A stretch of 62,757 nucleotides of DNA, counting the filler, from Eubacteriales bacterium (GTDB taxonomy: Bacteria; Bacillota; Clostridia; Oscillospirales; CAG-382), in assembly GCA_045636665.1 (NCBI GenBank). It is 7 parts of 7 records of this genome, joined end to end, with 100 filler letters (N's around TTAATTAATTAA, not from the genome) between each part and the next. Parts side by side here need not be neighbours in the genome. Positions count along the whole stretch, not along the records: positions 18,891 to 36,288 come from JAZTXY010000035.1; 6 more parts are not named here. One strand, given 5' to 3'. Positions 19,155 through 28,163 of this stretch are shown in pieces (the first letter of the stretch is position 1; the number at the start of each line of letters is the position of its first letter). The notes below the pieces were generated by a model. It saw only the letters and a list, made by a program, of their open reading frames with translations. It searched no databases and was not told where the DNA came from. Position numbers and translations under genes: made by a program.

Positions 19155-20051
19155 ATGAAAAAGACAGGACTTTTACTTACAGTGGCTTTATTGACCGCAA
19201 CGTTGCTTTCCGCTTGCGGCTACAATACCTACAGCATTGAAAAAATAGGCGACGTTTTGGAAAGCTCGTCGGATGAACAGCAATTTGACGAGAAAGTCAA
19301 ATTCACCGCCGAAACGCCTACCGAGGATTTTCTTGCCGCTACCGATTACTATTATCTTTACGATGACGAAAGCGGTGAATACGATAAGGTTTTGTTCAAG
19401 ACCGATTACACCGTCACCGACCTTAAGTTTTTTACCGTTAAGAATGCGCAGGCAGGCGTCCAGATTGTTAAGGATGAAATCATTTTCTCGGTACGCACTC
19501 TTTCACCCGACAAGCCGTTGGTTGTTGACGTAAAGACCGAAATCGGTTCGGTTGTGCGCGGTATTTCCTTTAAAGACCCCGACGGAAAAGTGCAGTATTA
19601 CGCAATAAAAGCAGATTCGGCAAACGGTGTTGTTATCGAAAACGTTCAGATGCTTGACTATTCGGGATTCGAAGCCGCTTATGCAAGCGCTGATTTTTTG
19701 GAGAATACCGAAAATTATATTTCCTACGAGGACAAAAAAGAAGAATATACCAAGATTACTTATAAGACCTTATCCAAGGTTACGAATTTCAGATTCTTGA
19801 GCATCGAACCCGTCGATACCGATAAGGAAGACGGAAAATACAAGATTGCAAAGGTTCTTCACACTATTGAGGAATTCGATTCCGAAAAGGCATTCGTTGC
19901 CGAAACCGCCTTCGCAGACGTTTACCCGATGCGCGGTATTTCGTTCGTTGACGAGCACGGCGTTACGCGTTATTTCTCTGTAAGCGACGATGCGGTGGGC
20001 ACCGACGAAATATTTATCGAGGAAGTTCCGCCGATGATTGAAAAACAATAA
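19155..20051 (+). CDS. Lipoprotein with two tandem copies of an unknown domain
   Basis: Lipobox LLSAC; AGGAG RBS; repeats end in RGISFKDPDGKVQYYAI and RGISFVDEHGVTRYFSV. Confidence 0.8.
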   Translation: MKKTGLLLTVALLTATLLSACGYNTYSIEKIGDVLESSSDEQQFDEKVKFTAETPTEDFLAATDYYYLYDDESGEYDKVLFKTDYTVTDLKFFTVKNAQAGVQIVKDEIIFSVRTLSPDKPLVVDVKTEIGSVVRGISFKDPDGKVQYYAIKADSANGVVIENVQMLDYSGFEAAYASADFLENTENYISYEDKKEEYTKITYKTLSKVTNFRFLSIEPVDTDKEDGKYKIAKVLHTIEEFDSEKAFVAETAFADVYPMRGISFVDEHGVTRYFSVSDDAVGTDEIFIEEVPPMIEKQ

Positions 20052-20057
20052 AAATTC

Positions 20058-20089
20058 AAGGGTGTTGACCGACGGTCAACACCCTTTTT
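20058..20089. terminator. Terminator hairpin between convergent genes
   Basis: AAGGGTGTTGACC-GAC-GGTCAACACCCTTTTT. Confidence 0.8.
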
Positions 20090-20091
20090 CT

Positions 20092-21729
20092 TTAGAATTT
20101 TTTGCTGTCCTTAAGCTCTACTACGCTGTTGAATACCGAGGTATTCTTGGTATCGACGCAGAAATAACCCTTGCGGACAAATTGGAATTTATCGCCGGCT
20201 TTGGCTTCAAGAAGCGCGCGTTCGATCTTAACGCCCTTGCATACTACCTTCGATTCGGGATTGAGATATTCGCCGTAACGCGCGGATTCAACTGCGTTCA
20301 TATCCGCTTCGGTGAAAAGACGGTCATAACGGACAACGTCGGTTTCGGCGCATTCGGTTGCCGAAAGCCAATGGATAGTGCCCTTTATCTTTCTGCCGTC
20401 GGCAGGCATACCGTTGCCGGTTTCGAGGTCTGCGGTACAGAGAACCTCGGTCACGTTGCCGTTTTCATCTGCCTTGATTTCGTCAACACGAACGATATAA
20501 CCGCCCATAAGACGAACCTCGTTTCCGAGCTTCATACGGAAATACTTGGGAGGAGGATCGAGCGAAACGTCTTCCCTTTCAACGAAAAGCTCACGGGTGA
20601 ACGGAAGCTTGCGAGTGCCTGCTTCTTCATCGTTGGGGTTGTTGGGAAGCTCGAAATATTCAACCTTATCCTCGGGATAGTTGGTAACTACAACCTTAAC
20701 GGGATCGAACACGGCAACACGGCGGAGAGCCTTTTTGTTGAGGTCTTCACGCACGCAATGCTCTAAAAGTGCAATATCAACGAGCGAATTGTTCTTTGCA
20801 ACGCCTACACGGTCGATAAAATCGAGTATAGCTTCGGCGGTATAGCCGCGTCTGCGAAGTCCGCAAAGAGTGGGCATTCTCGGATCGTCCCAACCGTCGA
20901 CAAGCTTGTTTTCAACAAGCGAACGGAGGAAGCGCTTGCTCATTACGGTGTTGGTGATGTTAAGACGCGCAAATTCGATCTGACGGGGCGTGGAGGGAAC
21001 GTCGCAATGCTCGATAACCCAATTGTAAAGCGGTCTGTGGTCTTCGTATTCAAGCGAGCAAAGCGAGTGGGTGATGCCTTCAAGCGCATCCTGAATGGGG
21101 TGCGCGAAATCGTACATCGGGAAGATGCACCATTTGTTGCCTTGACGGTGGTGATCGATATAACGGATACGGTAAAGCACGGGGTCGCGCATATTGAAGT
21201 TACCGCTTGCAAGGTCGATCTTTGCGCGGAGAGTATATTTTCCTTCGGGGAATTCGCCTGCTCTCATACGGCGGAAAAGGTCAAGGCTTTCATCGATAGG
21301 TCTGTCGCGGTAGGGCGAAACAGCGGGCTTTTGCAAATCTCCGCGGTAGGAGGAAAATTCCTCGGCGGAAAGCTCGCAAACGTAAGCATCGCCGTTTAAA
21401 ATAAGCTGTTCGGCAAGCTTATAGGTTTCTTCAAAGTAATCCGAGCCGTAGAAGAAGCGGTCGTCCCAATCGAAGCCGAGCCAGTGGATATCCTCCTTGA
21501 TGGCATCGACAAATTCGGTGTCCTCCTTTGCGGGGTTGGTATCGTCCATACGGAGGTTGCAAAGTCCGCCGTAGCGCACTGCGGTGGAAAAGTCGATAAC
21601 CATTGCCTTGCAGTGTCCGATATGGAGATAGCCGTTGGGCTCCGGCGGAAAACGTGTGTGAACCTTAAGACCGGGATTTGCCGCTATATCGGCATCGATA
21701 ATTTCATTTATAAAGTTTGTAGATTCCAT
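20092..21729 (-). CDS. glnS: Glutamine--tRNA ligase
   Basis: TRFPPEPNGYLHIGH, PMYDFAH, THSLCSLE, VMSKR, GWDDPRMPT, KGTIHW. Confidence 0.97.
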   Translation of the reverse strand: MESTNFINEIIDADIAANPGLKVHTRFPPEPNGYLHIGHCKAMVIDFSTAVRYGGLCNLRMDDTNPAKEDTEFVDAIKEDIHWLGFDWDDRFFYGSDYFEETYKLAEQLILNGDAYVCELSAEEFSSYRGDLQKPAVSPYRDRPIDESLDLFRRMRAGEFPEGKYTLRAKIDLASGNFNMRDPVLYRIRYIDHHRQGNKWCIFPMYDFAHPIQDALEGITHSLCSLEYEDHRPLYNWVIEHCDVPSTPRQIEFARLNITNTVMSKRFLRSLVENKLVDGWDDPRMPTLCGLRRRGYTAEAILDFIDRVGVAKNNSLVDIALLEHCVREDLNKKALRRVAVFDPVKVVVTNYPEDKVEYFELPNNPNDEEAGTRKLPFTRELFVEREDVSLDPPPKYFRMKLGNEVRLMGGYIVRVDEIKADENGNVTEVLCTADLETGNGMPADGRKIKGTIHWLSATECAETDVVRYDRLFTEADMNAVESARYGEYLNPESKVVCKGVKIERALLEAKAGDKFQFVRKGYFCVDTKNTSVFNSVVELKDSKKF

Positions 21730-21739
21730 AATTTTCTCC

Positions 21740-23371
21740 TTATTTGGATACTCTGGAAAGGACTTTTTCCTTGCCGAGTATCTTCATTACCTCGTAAAGG
21801 TCGGGCGAGTTCATTCTGCCTGTAACGGCGATACGGAGGAACATACTTACGTCGGCAACCGAGCCCTTGAATGCTTCGGGATTTGCCTTGTATTGCTTCA
21901 TATCGGGGCAGAAGCCGTTCTTTTCGGCAATCGCCTTGATATTTGCGAACCAATCGTTTTGCTCGACCGTTTCGTCATAGCTTGCGGCAAAATCGTTATA
22001 TATCGCTTTTACGTCATCGGCATTGAAGCTTTCGGGAATAGCATCGACCGATTCGAAAAGCTCATCGTAGAAGAAGGACATATAGTTTTTAACCTCGCTC
22101 CAAAGAGCCAAGTCCTTACGCGGCTTTTTGCCGCCTCTGCCGATAGAAAGGATAGCTACTGCATATTCGCGGTCCGCTTCAAGGATTGCGGCAAATTCTT
22201 GGTCGTTTTCCTTTGCCCAAGTGAGGGTGTAATCGTAAACCTCATCGGCAGTCATACGGGAAATTACGTTTTTGGAAATATCGTTGAGCTTGTCAAGGTC
22301 GAAAAGGAAGCCCGAAACGCTCATCTTCTTGGTGGTGAATTTGAATTCTTCAAGAGGAGTATCGGGATTAGCAAGACGCCATTCCTCAAAATTGGAGTTG
22401 AGCATCGTTAAAAGATATTCACGCACTGCGGAAACGGGATAGCCCTGCGCGTGGTAGAAGGCAAGACCGAATTCGGGGTCCTTGCGCTTGGAGATTTTGC
22501 GCTTGTTGCCGTTATCAAGCTTTAATGCCTGAGCGGTGTGGCAGTATTTGGGCATTTTAAAGCCGAGTGCTTTGAAAAGCTGAATGTGGAAAGGAAGCGT
22601 GGAAAGCCAGCTTTCGTCACGAACGACGTGGGTGGTGCCCATAAGGTGGTCATCGACAGCGTGCGCGAAGTGATAGGTGGGGATTCCGTCGCTTTTAAGG
22701 ATTACGTGGTCGATATCGTTTTCGGTAACGTCGATTTCGCCCTTAATCTCGTCGCGGAATTTATGCTTGTTGTTAAGATTGCCTTCACTGCGGAAGCGAA
22801 GCACGAAGGGAACGCCTTCGTCAAGCTTTGCTTGTATCTTTTCCATCGGTGCATCGCGCCAGATGGCAAATTCACCGTAATAGCCGGGATTTAATTTTTC
22901 GGCTTCCTGCTTTTCACGGATAGCCGAAAGCTCTTCCTCGGTACAGAAGCAGGGGTATGCCTTTCCCTCTCGGATGAGCTGCTTTGCAAAGGTTTGATAA
23001 ATTTCGGCTCTGTCGCTTTGACGGTAAGGTCCGTAATCGCCCTTGTCGCCGTCGATAACTGCGCCTTCATCGAAATTAACGCCGAGCTTTGCAAGTGTTT
23101 CGATAATTATTTGGATACCGTTGGGAACGGTACGCTTTGCATCGGTATCTTCGATTCTGAGATAGAAAACGCCGCCCGAGGTATGCGCAAGACGTTCATC
23201 GGTAAGCGCGCCGTAAAGGTTACCGATATGAAGAAAGCCGGTGGGGCTGGGCGCAAGACGGGTTACCTTTGCACCTTCGGGAAGGTTACGCGCAGGGTAA
23301 CGCGCTTCGATATCCTGCGGAAGTGTTTTTATATTGGGATAGAGAAGTTCGGCAAGAAGGTTTGTGTCCAT
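21740..23371 (-). CDS. gltX: Glutamate--tRNA ligase
   Basis: TRLAPSPTGFLHIG, RIEDTD, GPYRQS.R, PTYHFA..VDDHLM, KISKR; GGAGG RBS before MDTN. Confidence 0.96.
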   Translation of the reverse strand: MDTNLLAELLYPNIKTLPQDIEARYPARNLPEGAKVTRLAPSPTGFLHIGNLYGALTDERLAHTSGGVFYLRIEDTDAKRTVPNGIQIIIETLAKLGVNFDEGAVIDGDKGDYGPYRQSDRAEIYQTFAKQLIREGKAYPCFCTEEELSAIREKQEAEKLNPGYYGEFAIWRDAPMEKIQAKLDEGVPFVLRFRSEGNLNNKHKFRDEIKGEIDVTENDIDHVILKSDGIPTYHFAHAVDDHLMGTTHVVRDESWLSTLPFHIQLFKALGFKMPKYCHTAQALKLDNGNKRKISKRKDPEFGLAFYHAQGYPVSAVREYLLTMLNSNFEEWRLANPDTPLEEFKFTTKKMSVSGFLFDLDKLNDISKNVISRMTADEVYDYTLTWAKENDQEFAAILEADREYAVAILSIGRGGKKPRKDLALWSEVKNYMSFFYDELFESVDAIPESFNADDVKAIYNDFAASYDETVEQNDWFANIKAIAEKNGFCPDMKQYKANPEAFKGSVADVSMFLRIAVTGRMNSPDLYEVMKILGKEKVLSRVSK

Positions 23372-23517
23372 ATTTAGACCTCCTGAATTTACATACATAA
23401 TATCAAGATATTATATTACATTCAAAATATTTTGTCAATACGCTTTATCGCTATTGAAAAACGCTTTTTTCTGATGTATAATATCGAACAATATGAAACG
23501 TTGAAAGGTAAACCGTT

Positions 23518-25218
23518 ATGTTGAAAAAAGTTTTGACAGCTCTCCTTGCTTTTTCGATGTGCTTTGCTTGTCTTGCGTCCTGCTCGGATGAGGGCGCAGA
23601 AGAAGGCTCGAAGACAGAAGAAGGCTCGACACCCGACGAAACATCGAAGGATGATGAAACCTCGAAAGGCGATGAAGAATTGAACAAAGGCGATTATTGG
23701 GGATTTGACGATTACAACACGGTTGATATTGTCGGCGCACCTGACGAAATAACCTCCTGCCCCACCGTTGTAAAAAAGGTTTCCGACAGTAAATACAGTA
23801 TAAGCTCCGAAACCGATTTCGGTACCGTTACCGTTACGCTTGAGGAACGTCCTTGGGGCTGCTTTAACCTTTGGACCTGGAGTCTTAAGGACAAAAGCGG
23901 CAAAACCCACACCTTCGCTCCCGGCAGCACCGATTTTGAATACGTTCACCGTCCCATTACCCCCAACGGCTCGGTCGTTTGGTCGGGCGGTAACCACGGT
24001 AACGAGGCATTTATTTCGCTTGAGCTTTACAATGCCGAAAACGGTGAAAAGATCGACCTTGCTGTAGGTCAATCCGCAAGCGTAAATTCCTTGCACATTA
24101 TCGAAAAGACCAAGCTTTTGTGGTTCCCCGATGCAAATAACGACAGTATCGGCGATTACAACAACAAGAGTATGAGCTATACCGATACAGACGTTTATGC
24201 CGAAATGGCGAGAAAATACACCTTTACCGGGCCTCAAATCAAGCTTAACGTCGACTATAAATACGTTAAAGACGTTAAGATGAACCGCTCCTACACTTGT
24301 ATGATGCCTATTGACAAGAGATACGGCTTGTGGTGCGAAATGTACAACGAAAAGGGCGAAATGCTTAAGAGGATCGAAACTCTTAAGGTTGGCGCCGCCG
24401 ATTATTCGGGCGCCTCGAACAGCGGTAACAAGGCATGCCGCGCGCTCGTTTACGGTTACGCTGATCCGAGATATCAGCTTGACGTTCGCGTTAACACCAT
24501 TCAAGATTCGGTAGATAACTATAACGGCGACTACAAAACTGCGTTCTGGGATATGAACACCAACACAAACAAGCTTTATTTCACAAGATTTTCGAACTCC
24601 TCAAAGCGCGATATTAAAGCGGGTGACGAGCATCATACCGAAGCGGTTTGGTTGCTTAAGTACGTTCCCGATGCAAAGGCACCCGAAATTACCGAGCCCG
24701 AAAAGCCCGATTACGAAAAATTTGAAGACGTAAAGCTTAGCGGCAAGGTCGTTTCGCTTAATAAGTCCTATAAGCTTTCGGGTCTTTTGCAAGCCGGCGC
24801 ATTGCAATATACCGCGCTTCTTACCGACGGTAAGGCACACGATACACTTACTTACAACGATAACTGGTTTACCTTTATAAACGGCCCGGCTTATACGGGT
24901 GATCAGTCCAACACCGAAAACGGTATCGGTTATGCGATTATCGACCTCGGTGCCAAGACAGATATAAGCGGTGTGCGCGCGCACGTTTGCAACGGCGGTA
25001 CTGCAGGTATCACCGCGCCCAGCGGAGCAAAGGTATTCGTTTCGGATGACGGCGTTAACTTCAAAGAGGTTGCAACGCTTAAGATTGCAGAAGATCCTTC
25101 GGCAATTTATTGGACGGGAACCGAGCTTAGCGGCGTAAGCGCACGCTACGTTAAGTTCCAATTCCAGCCCAGCGGCTTGTTCTGCTTTATAAACGAGCTT
25201 GAGGTTTACTCGAAATAA
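23518..25218 (+). CDS. Lipoprotein with unknown central domain and C-terminal discoidin-like module
   Basis: Lipobox LASC, acidic linker; C-terminal LTDG...IIDLG...VSDDG...ARYVKF...NELEVY. Confidence 0.8.
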   Translation: MLKKVLTALLAFSMCFACLASCSDEGAEEGSKTEEGSTPDETSKDDETSKGDEELNKGDYWGFDDYNTVDIVGAPDEITSCPTVVKKVSDSKYSISSETDFGTVTVTLEERPWGCFNLWTWSLKDKSGKTHTFAPGSTDFEYVHRPITPNGSVVWSGGNHGNEAFISLELYNAENGEKIDLAVGQSASVNSLHIIEKTKLLWFPDANNDSIGDYNNKSMSYTDTDVYAEMARKYTFTGPQIKLNVDYKYVKDVKMNRSYTCMMPIDKRYGLWCEMYNEKGEMLKRIETLKVGAADYSGASNSGNKACRALVYGYADPRYQLDVRVNTIQDSVDNYNGDYKTAFWDMNTNTNKLYFTRFSNSSKRDIKAGDEHHTEAVWLLKYVPDAKAPEITEPEKPDYEKFEDVKLSGKVVSLNKSYKLSGLLQAGALQYTALLTDGKAHDTLTYNDNWFTFINGPAYTGDQSNTENGIGYAIIDLGAKTDISGVRAHVCNGGTAGITAPSGAKVFVSDDGVNFKEVATLKIAEDPSAIYWTGTELSGVSARYVKFQFQPSGLFCFINELEVYSK

Positions 25219-25295
25219 TCATTTATGCGGATGCTCTTTAAAAGGGTGTCCGCTTTTATTTACAAAAAATCAACAAAATTTGAATACGGGTGTTA

Positions 25296-25324
25296 TTGAC
25301 ACCGCAAAATATTTATGATACACT
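25296..25324 (+). promoter_or_regulatory. Sigma-A promoter
   Basis: TTGACA-17 bp-TACACT with extended TG. Confidence 0.75.
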
Positions 25325-25331
25325 ATTGCCA

Positions 25332-25424
25332 ATAAAAGGGAGTAGCTGTGCGGTATTCCGCATACGTTCGCTCGACATCTCGGCTTTATCGCCCGGACGG
25401 ACGTTTTGATTGCAAGACTTTTAT
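25332..25424 (+). ncRNA. yybP-ykoY (Mn2+-sensing) riboswitch
   Basis: ATAAAAGGGAGTAGC...CGACATC...GCAAGACTTTTAT; the 3' strand overlaps an alternative terminator; precedes a P-type ATPase. Confidence 0.88.
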
Positions 25425-25484
25425 GGCGATGCCATAATTGGGCTTGCTTATTTTTTAACTATTTTTATGTAAAGAAGGTATTGT

Positions 25485-28100
25485 ATGAAACACTATCTTG
25501 AAAAGCTTGAAGCGGTATTTTCGCATATCGGTTCGGGCATCGACGGTCTTTCCTCGCAGGAAGCATCGGCTCGTTTGGAGCGAAACGGCGCAAACCGTTT
25601 GGCAGAGCCGCCGAAGGTTCCGCTTTGGAAGAAATTTTTGATGCAATTTGCAGACCCGATGATAATCGTTTTGCTTGTTGCGGCTGCCGTGAGCTTTATT
25701 ACCGCGCTTGTTGAGGGCGAATCGCTTGCGGACGTATTTATTATCCTTTTCGTCGTTGTGCTTAACGCGGTTCTCGGTATTATTCAGGAAAACAAGGCGG
25801 AAAAGGCGATCGACGCATTAAAGGCGATGACAAAGGCAAAATGCAAGGTACTGCGCGACGGCATTTTGCAAATCCTTAACAGCGAAGACCTTGTTATCGG
25901 CGACGTTATTTTGCTTGAAGCGGGTGACGCTGTCCCTGCCGATGCGCGACTTATCGAAGCGGCATCGCTTAAGGCAGAGGAATCGGCGCTTACGGGCGAA
26001 TCGGTACCGAGCGATAAATTTGCAGACGTTATTGCTTCCGAAAGCGGCGAGGTGCCGTTGGGTGACAGAAGCAATATGGTATATACCGGCACGACTATCG
26101 TTTACGGACGCGGCAAGGCGGTTGTCGTTGCAACGGGCATGGACACCGAAATGGGTAAAATCGCAAAAGCGATTACCGATGCGACTGAGGAAAAAACTCC
26201 TTTGCAGGTCAAGCTCGGTCAGTTGAGCAAAATACTCACCGTTGCGGTTTTGGGTATTTGCGCCGTTGTTTTTGCGGTGAACCTTTTGACTGCCGACACG
26301 CTTGACGGCGGTGTGCTTATCGACACGTTTATGGTAGCCGTTTCACTTGCGGTTGCGGCAATTCCCGAGGGCTTAAGCGCCGTTGTTACCATTGTTCTTT
26401 CAATCGGCGTTTCCAAAATGGCGGCGCAGAATGCGATAATCCGCAAGCTTACCGCGGTTGAAACGCTTGGCTGTACTCAGATTATCTGCAGTGACAAGAC
26501 CGGCACCTTAACACAAAACAAAATGACCGTTGTTGAGCATTTCAGCGGTAATTTGGAGCTTTTATGCTCTTGCAACGCGCTTTGTAACGATGCAGAGCTT
26601 GACGAATCGGGCAACGTTACGGGCGAGCCGACGGAAGCGGCGCTTTTGAAATTCGCCTTCGACAACGGCAACGATAAGCGCGTTCTTTTGGAAAATCAGC
26701 CGAGAATCGGCGAAGCGCCCTTTGATTCGGGCAGAAAGATGATGTCTACCCTGCACTCGTTCGGCGGAAAGGTTATTCAGTACACCAAGGGTGCGCCCGA
26801 CGTTATCCTTTCGAGATGCACCAAATATATCTCGCCCGTTGACGGCAAGACAAAGGATATGGACGATAAGGTGCGCGAGGCGATTCTTGCGCACAACAAG
26901 GCGATGGCAGACAAGGCGTTGCGCGTGCTTGCCGCCGCATTTACGGTATATAACGAAAAGCCCGAATTTCAATCGCCCGAGGATATTGAAAAGGACCTTA
27001 TATTCGTTGGTCTTTCGGGTATGATCGACCCCGTTCGTCCCGAGGTTGTGGATGCGGTTGCCAAATGTAAAAACGCAGGTATCCGTCCCGTTATGATTAC
27101 GGGCGACCATATTGACACTGCGGTTGCAATCGGTAAGGAGCTTGGTATTATTACCGATTCGAGTCAGGCGCTTACCGGCGCACAGCTTGACCTTATAAGC
27201 GACGAGGAGCTTGAACGCGATATTGCAAATTATTCGGTTTATGCTCGCGTTCAGCCCGAGCACAAGGTTCGTATCGTTACCGCTTGGAAGAAGCTTGGAT
27301 ATATCACAGCAATGACCGGCGACGGTGTTAACGATGCTCCTTCTATTAAGAGCGCGGATATCGGTATCGGTATGGGTATTACCGGCACAGACGTTACAAA
27401 GGGCGTTGCCGATATGATTCTCGGCGACGATAACTTTGCGACAATCGTAAACGCGGTTGAAGAAGGCAGACGTATTTATTCAAACGTAAGAAAGACGATT
27501 CAATTCCTTCTTTCCTCGAATTTGAGCGAGGTTTTGACGGTATTCATCGCTTCCCTTTTCGGTATGACGGTATTCAAGCCGATACACATTCTTTGGATCA
27601 ACCTTATTACCGACAGCTTGCCTGCGCTCGGTCTTGGTGTTGAACAAGCCGAGGGCGACGTTATGACGCAGGCCCCGCGTGACAGCAAGGAAGGTATTTT
27701 CGCAGGCGGCTTGGGTGTTGACGTTATCTGGCAGGGCGCTTGTATTTCTCTCCTTACGCTCGTTTCGTTCTTTATCGGCAACGCGTTGCAGGACGGCTTT
27801 GGCACGACGATGGCGTTTGTTCCGATGTCGATGGCGGAAATCACACCCTCGTTCAAGCTGCGCTCACGCGAGAAGACTGTTTGCTCGATTACGGGACACA
27901 ACAAGGTGCTTTGGTTGACAATGGCGGCAAGCTTCGTTTTGACTGCGATGGTAGTGTTCGTTCCCTTCTTGCAAAGCATATTCTCGTTTATGCCCATCAA
28001 CCTTTGGGAATATGCGCTTGCTTTGGTAATCGGTGCGTTGATACTTCCTATCTCCGAAATCGTAAAGCTTGTTAAAAGAAAGATAAACGAAAGCAAATAA
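25485..28100 (+). CDS. P-type IIA cation-transporting ATPase (Ca2+/Mn2+ exporter, YoaB-like)
   Basis: LTGES, IPEGL, CSDKTGTLT, KGAPD, MITGD, MTGDGVNDAP motifs. Confidence 0.95.
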   Translation: MKHYLEKLEAVFSHIGSGIDGLSSQEASARLERNGANRLAEPPKVPLWKKFLMQFADPMIIVLLVAAAVSFITALVEGESLADVFIILFVVVLNAVLGIIQENKAEKAIDALKAMTKAKCKVLRDGILQILNSEDLVIGDVILLEAGDAVPADARLIEAASLKAEESALTGESVPSDKFADVIASESGEVPLGDRSNMVYTGTTIVYGRGKAVVVATGMDTEMGKIAKAITDATEEKTPLQVKLGQLSKILTVAVLGICAVVFAVNLLTADTLDGGVLIDTFMVAVSLAVAAIPEGLSAVVTIVLSIGVSKMAAQNAIIRKLTAVETLGCTQIICSDKTGTLTQNKMTVVEHFSGNLELLCSCNALCNDAELDESGNVTGEPTEAALLKFAFDNGNDKRVLLENQPRIGEAPFDSGRKMMSTLHSFGGKVIQYTKGAPDVILSRCTKYISPVDGKTKDMDDKVREAILAHNKAMADKALRVLAAAFTVYNEKPEFQSPEDIEKDLIFVGLSGMIDPVRPEVVDAVAKCKNAGIRPVMITGDHIDTAVAIGKELGIITDSSQALTGAQLDLISDEELERDIANYSVYARVQPEHKVRIVTAWKKLGYITAMTGDGVNDAPSIKSADIGIGMGITGTDVTKGVADMILGDDNFATIVNAVEEGRRIYSNVRKTIQFLLSSNLSEVLTVFIASLFGMTVFKPIHILWINLITDSLPALGLGVEQAEGDVMTQAPRDSKEGIFAGGLGVDVIWQGACISLLTLVSFFIGNALQDGFGTTMAFVPMSMAEITPSFKLRSREKTVCSITGHNKVLWLTMAASFVLTAMVVFVPFLQSIFSFMPINLWEYALALVIGALILPISEIVKLVKRKINESK

Positions 28101-28118
28101 TTTCACCTTCAAAAATAC

Positions 28119-28151
28119 AAAAAGACAGAGAATTTTCGTTCTCTGTCTTTT
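28119..28151. terminator. Bidirectional terminator
   Basis: AAAAGACAGAGAA-TTTTCG-TTCTCTGTCTTTT between convergent genes. Confidence 0.8.
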
Positions 28152-28163
28152 GTTGTTATGTGA

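Noticed and set aside
20092..23371. GlnRS in a Firmicute, and no T-boxes seen before the synthetase genes
   Set aside because: GlnRS is common in Clostridia; glnS and tyrS are operon-internal, the gltX leader is short and the glyQS leader is cut off
27810..27900. Odd residues in conserved proteins (ATPase AEITPSFKLRS; also pepF PISHLKIAGVG and rny LEKHISDG)
   Set aside because: Most simply consensus errors in a low-coverage assembly; no template repeat or reverse transcriptase to suggest directed diversification; needs raw reads
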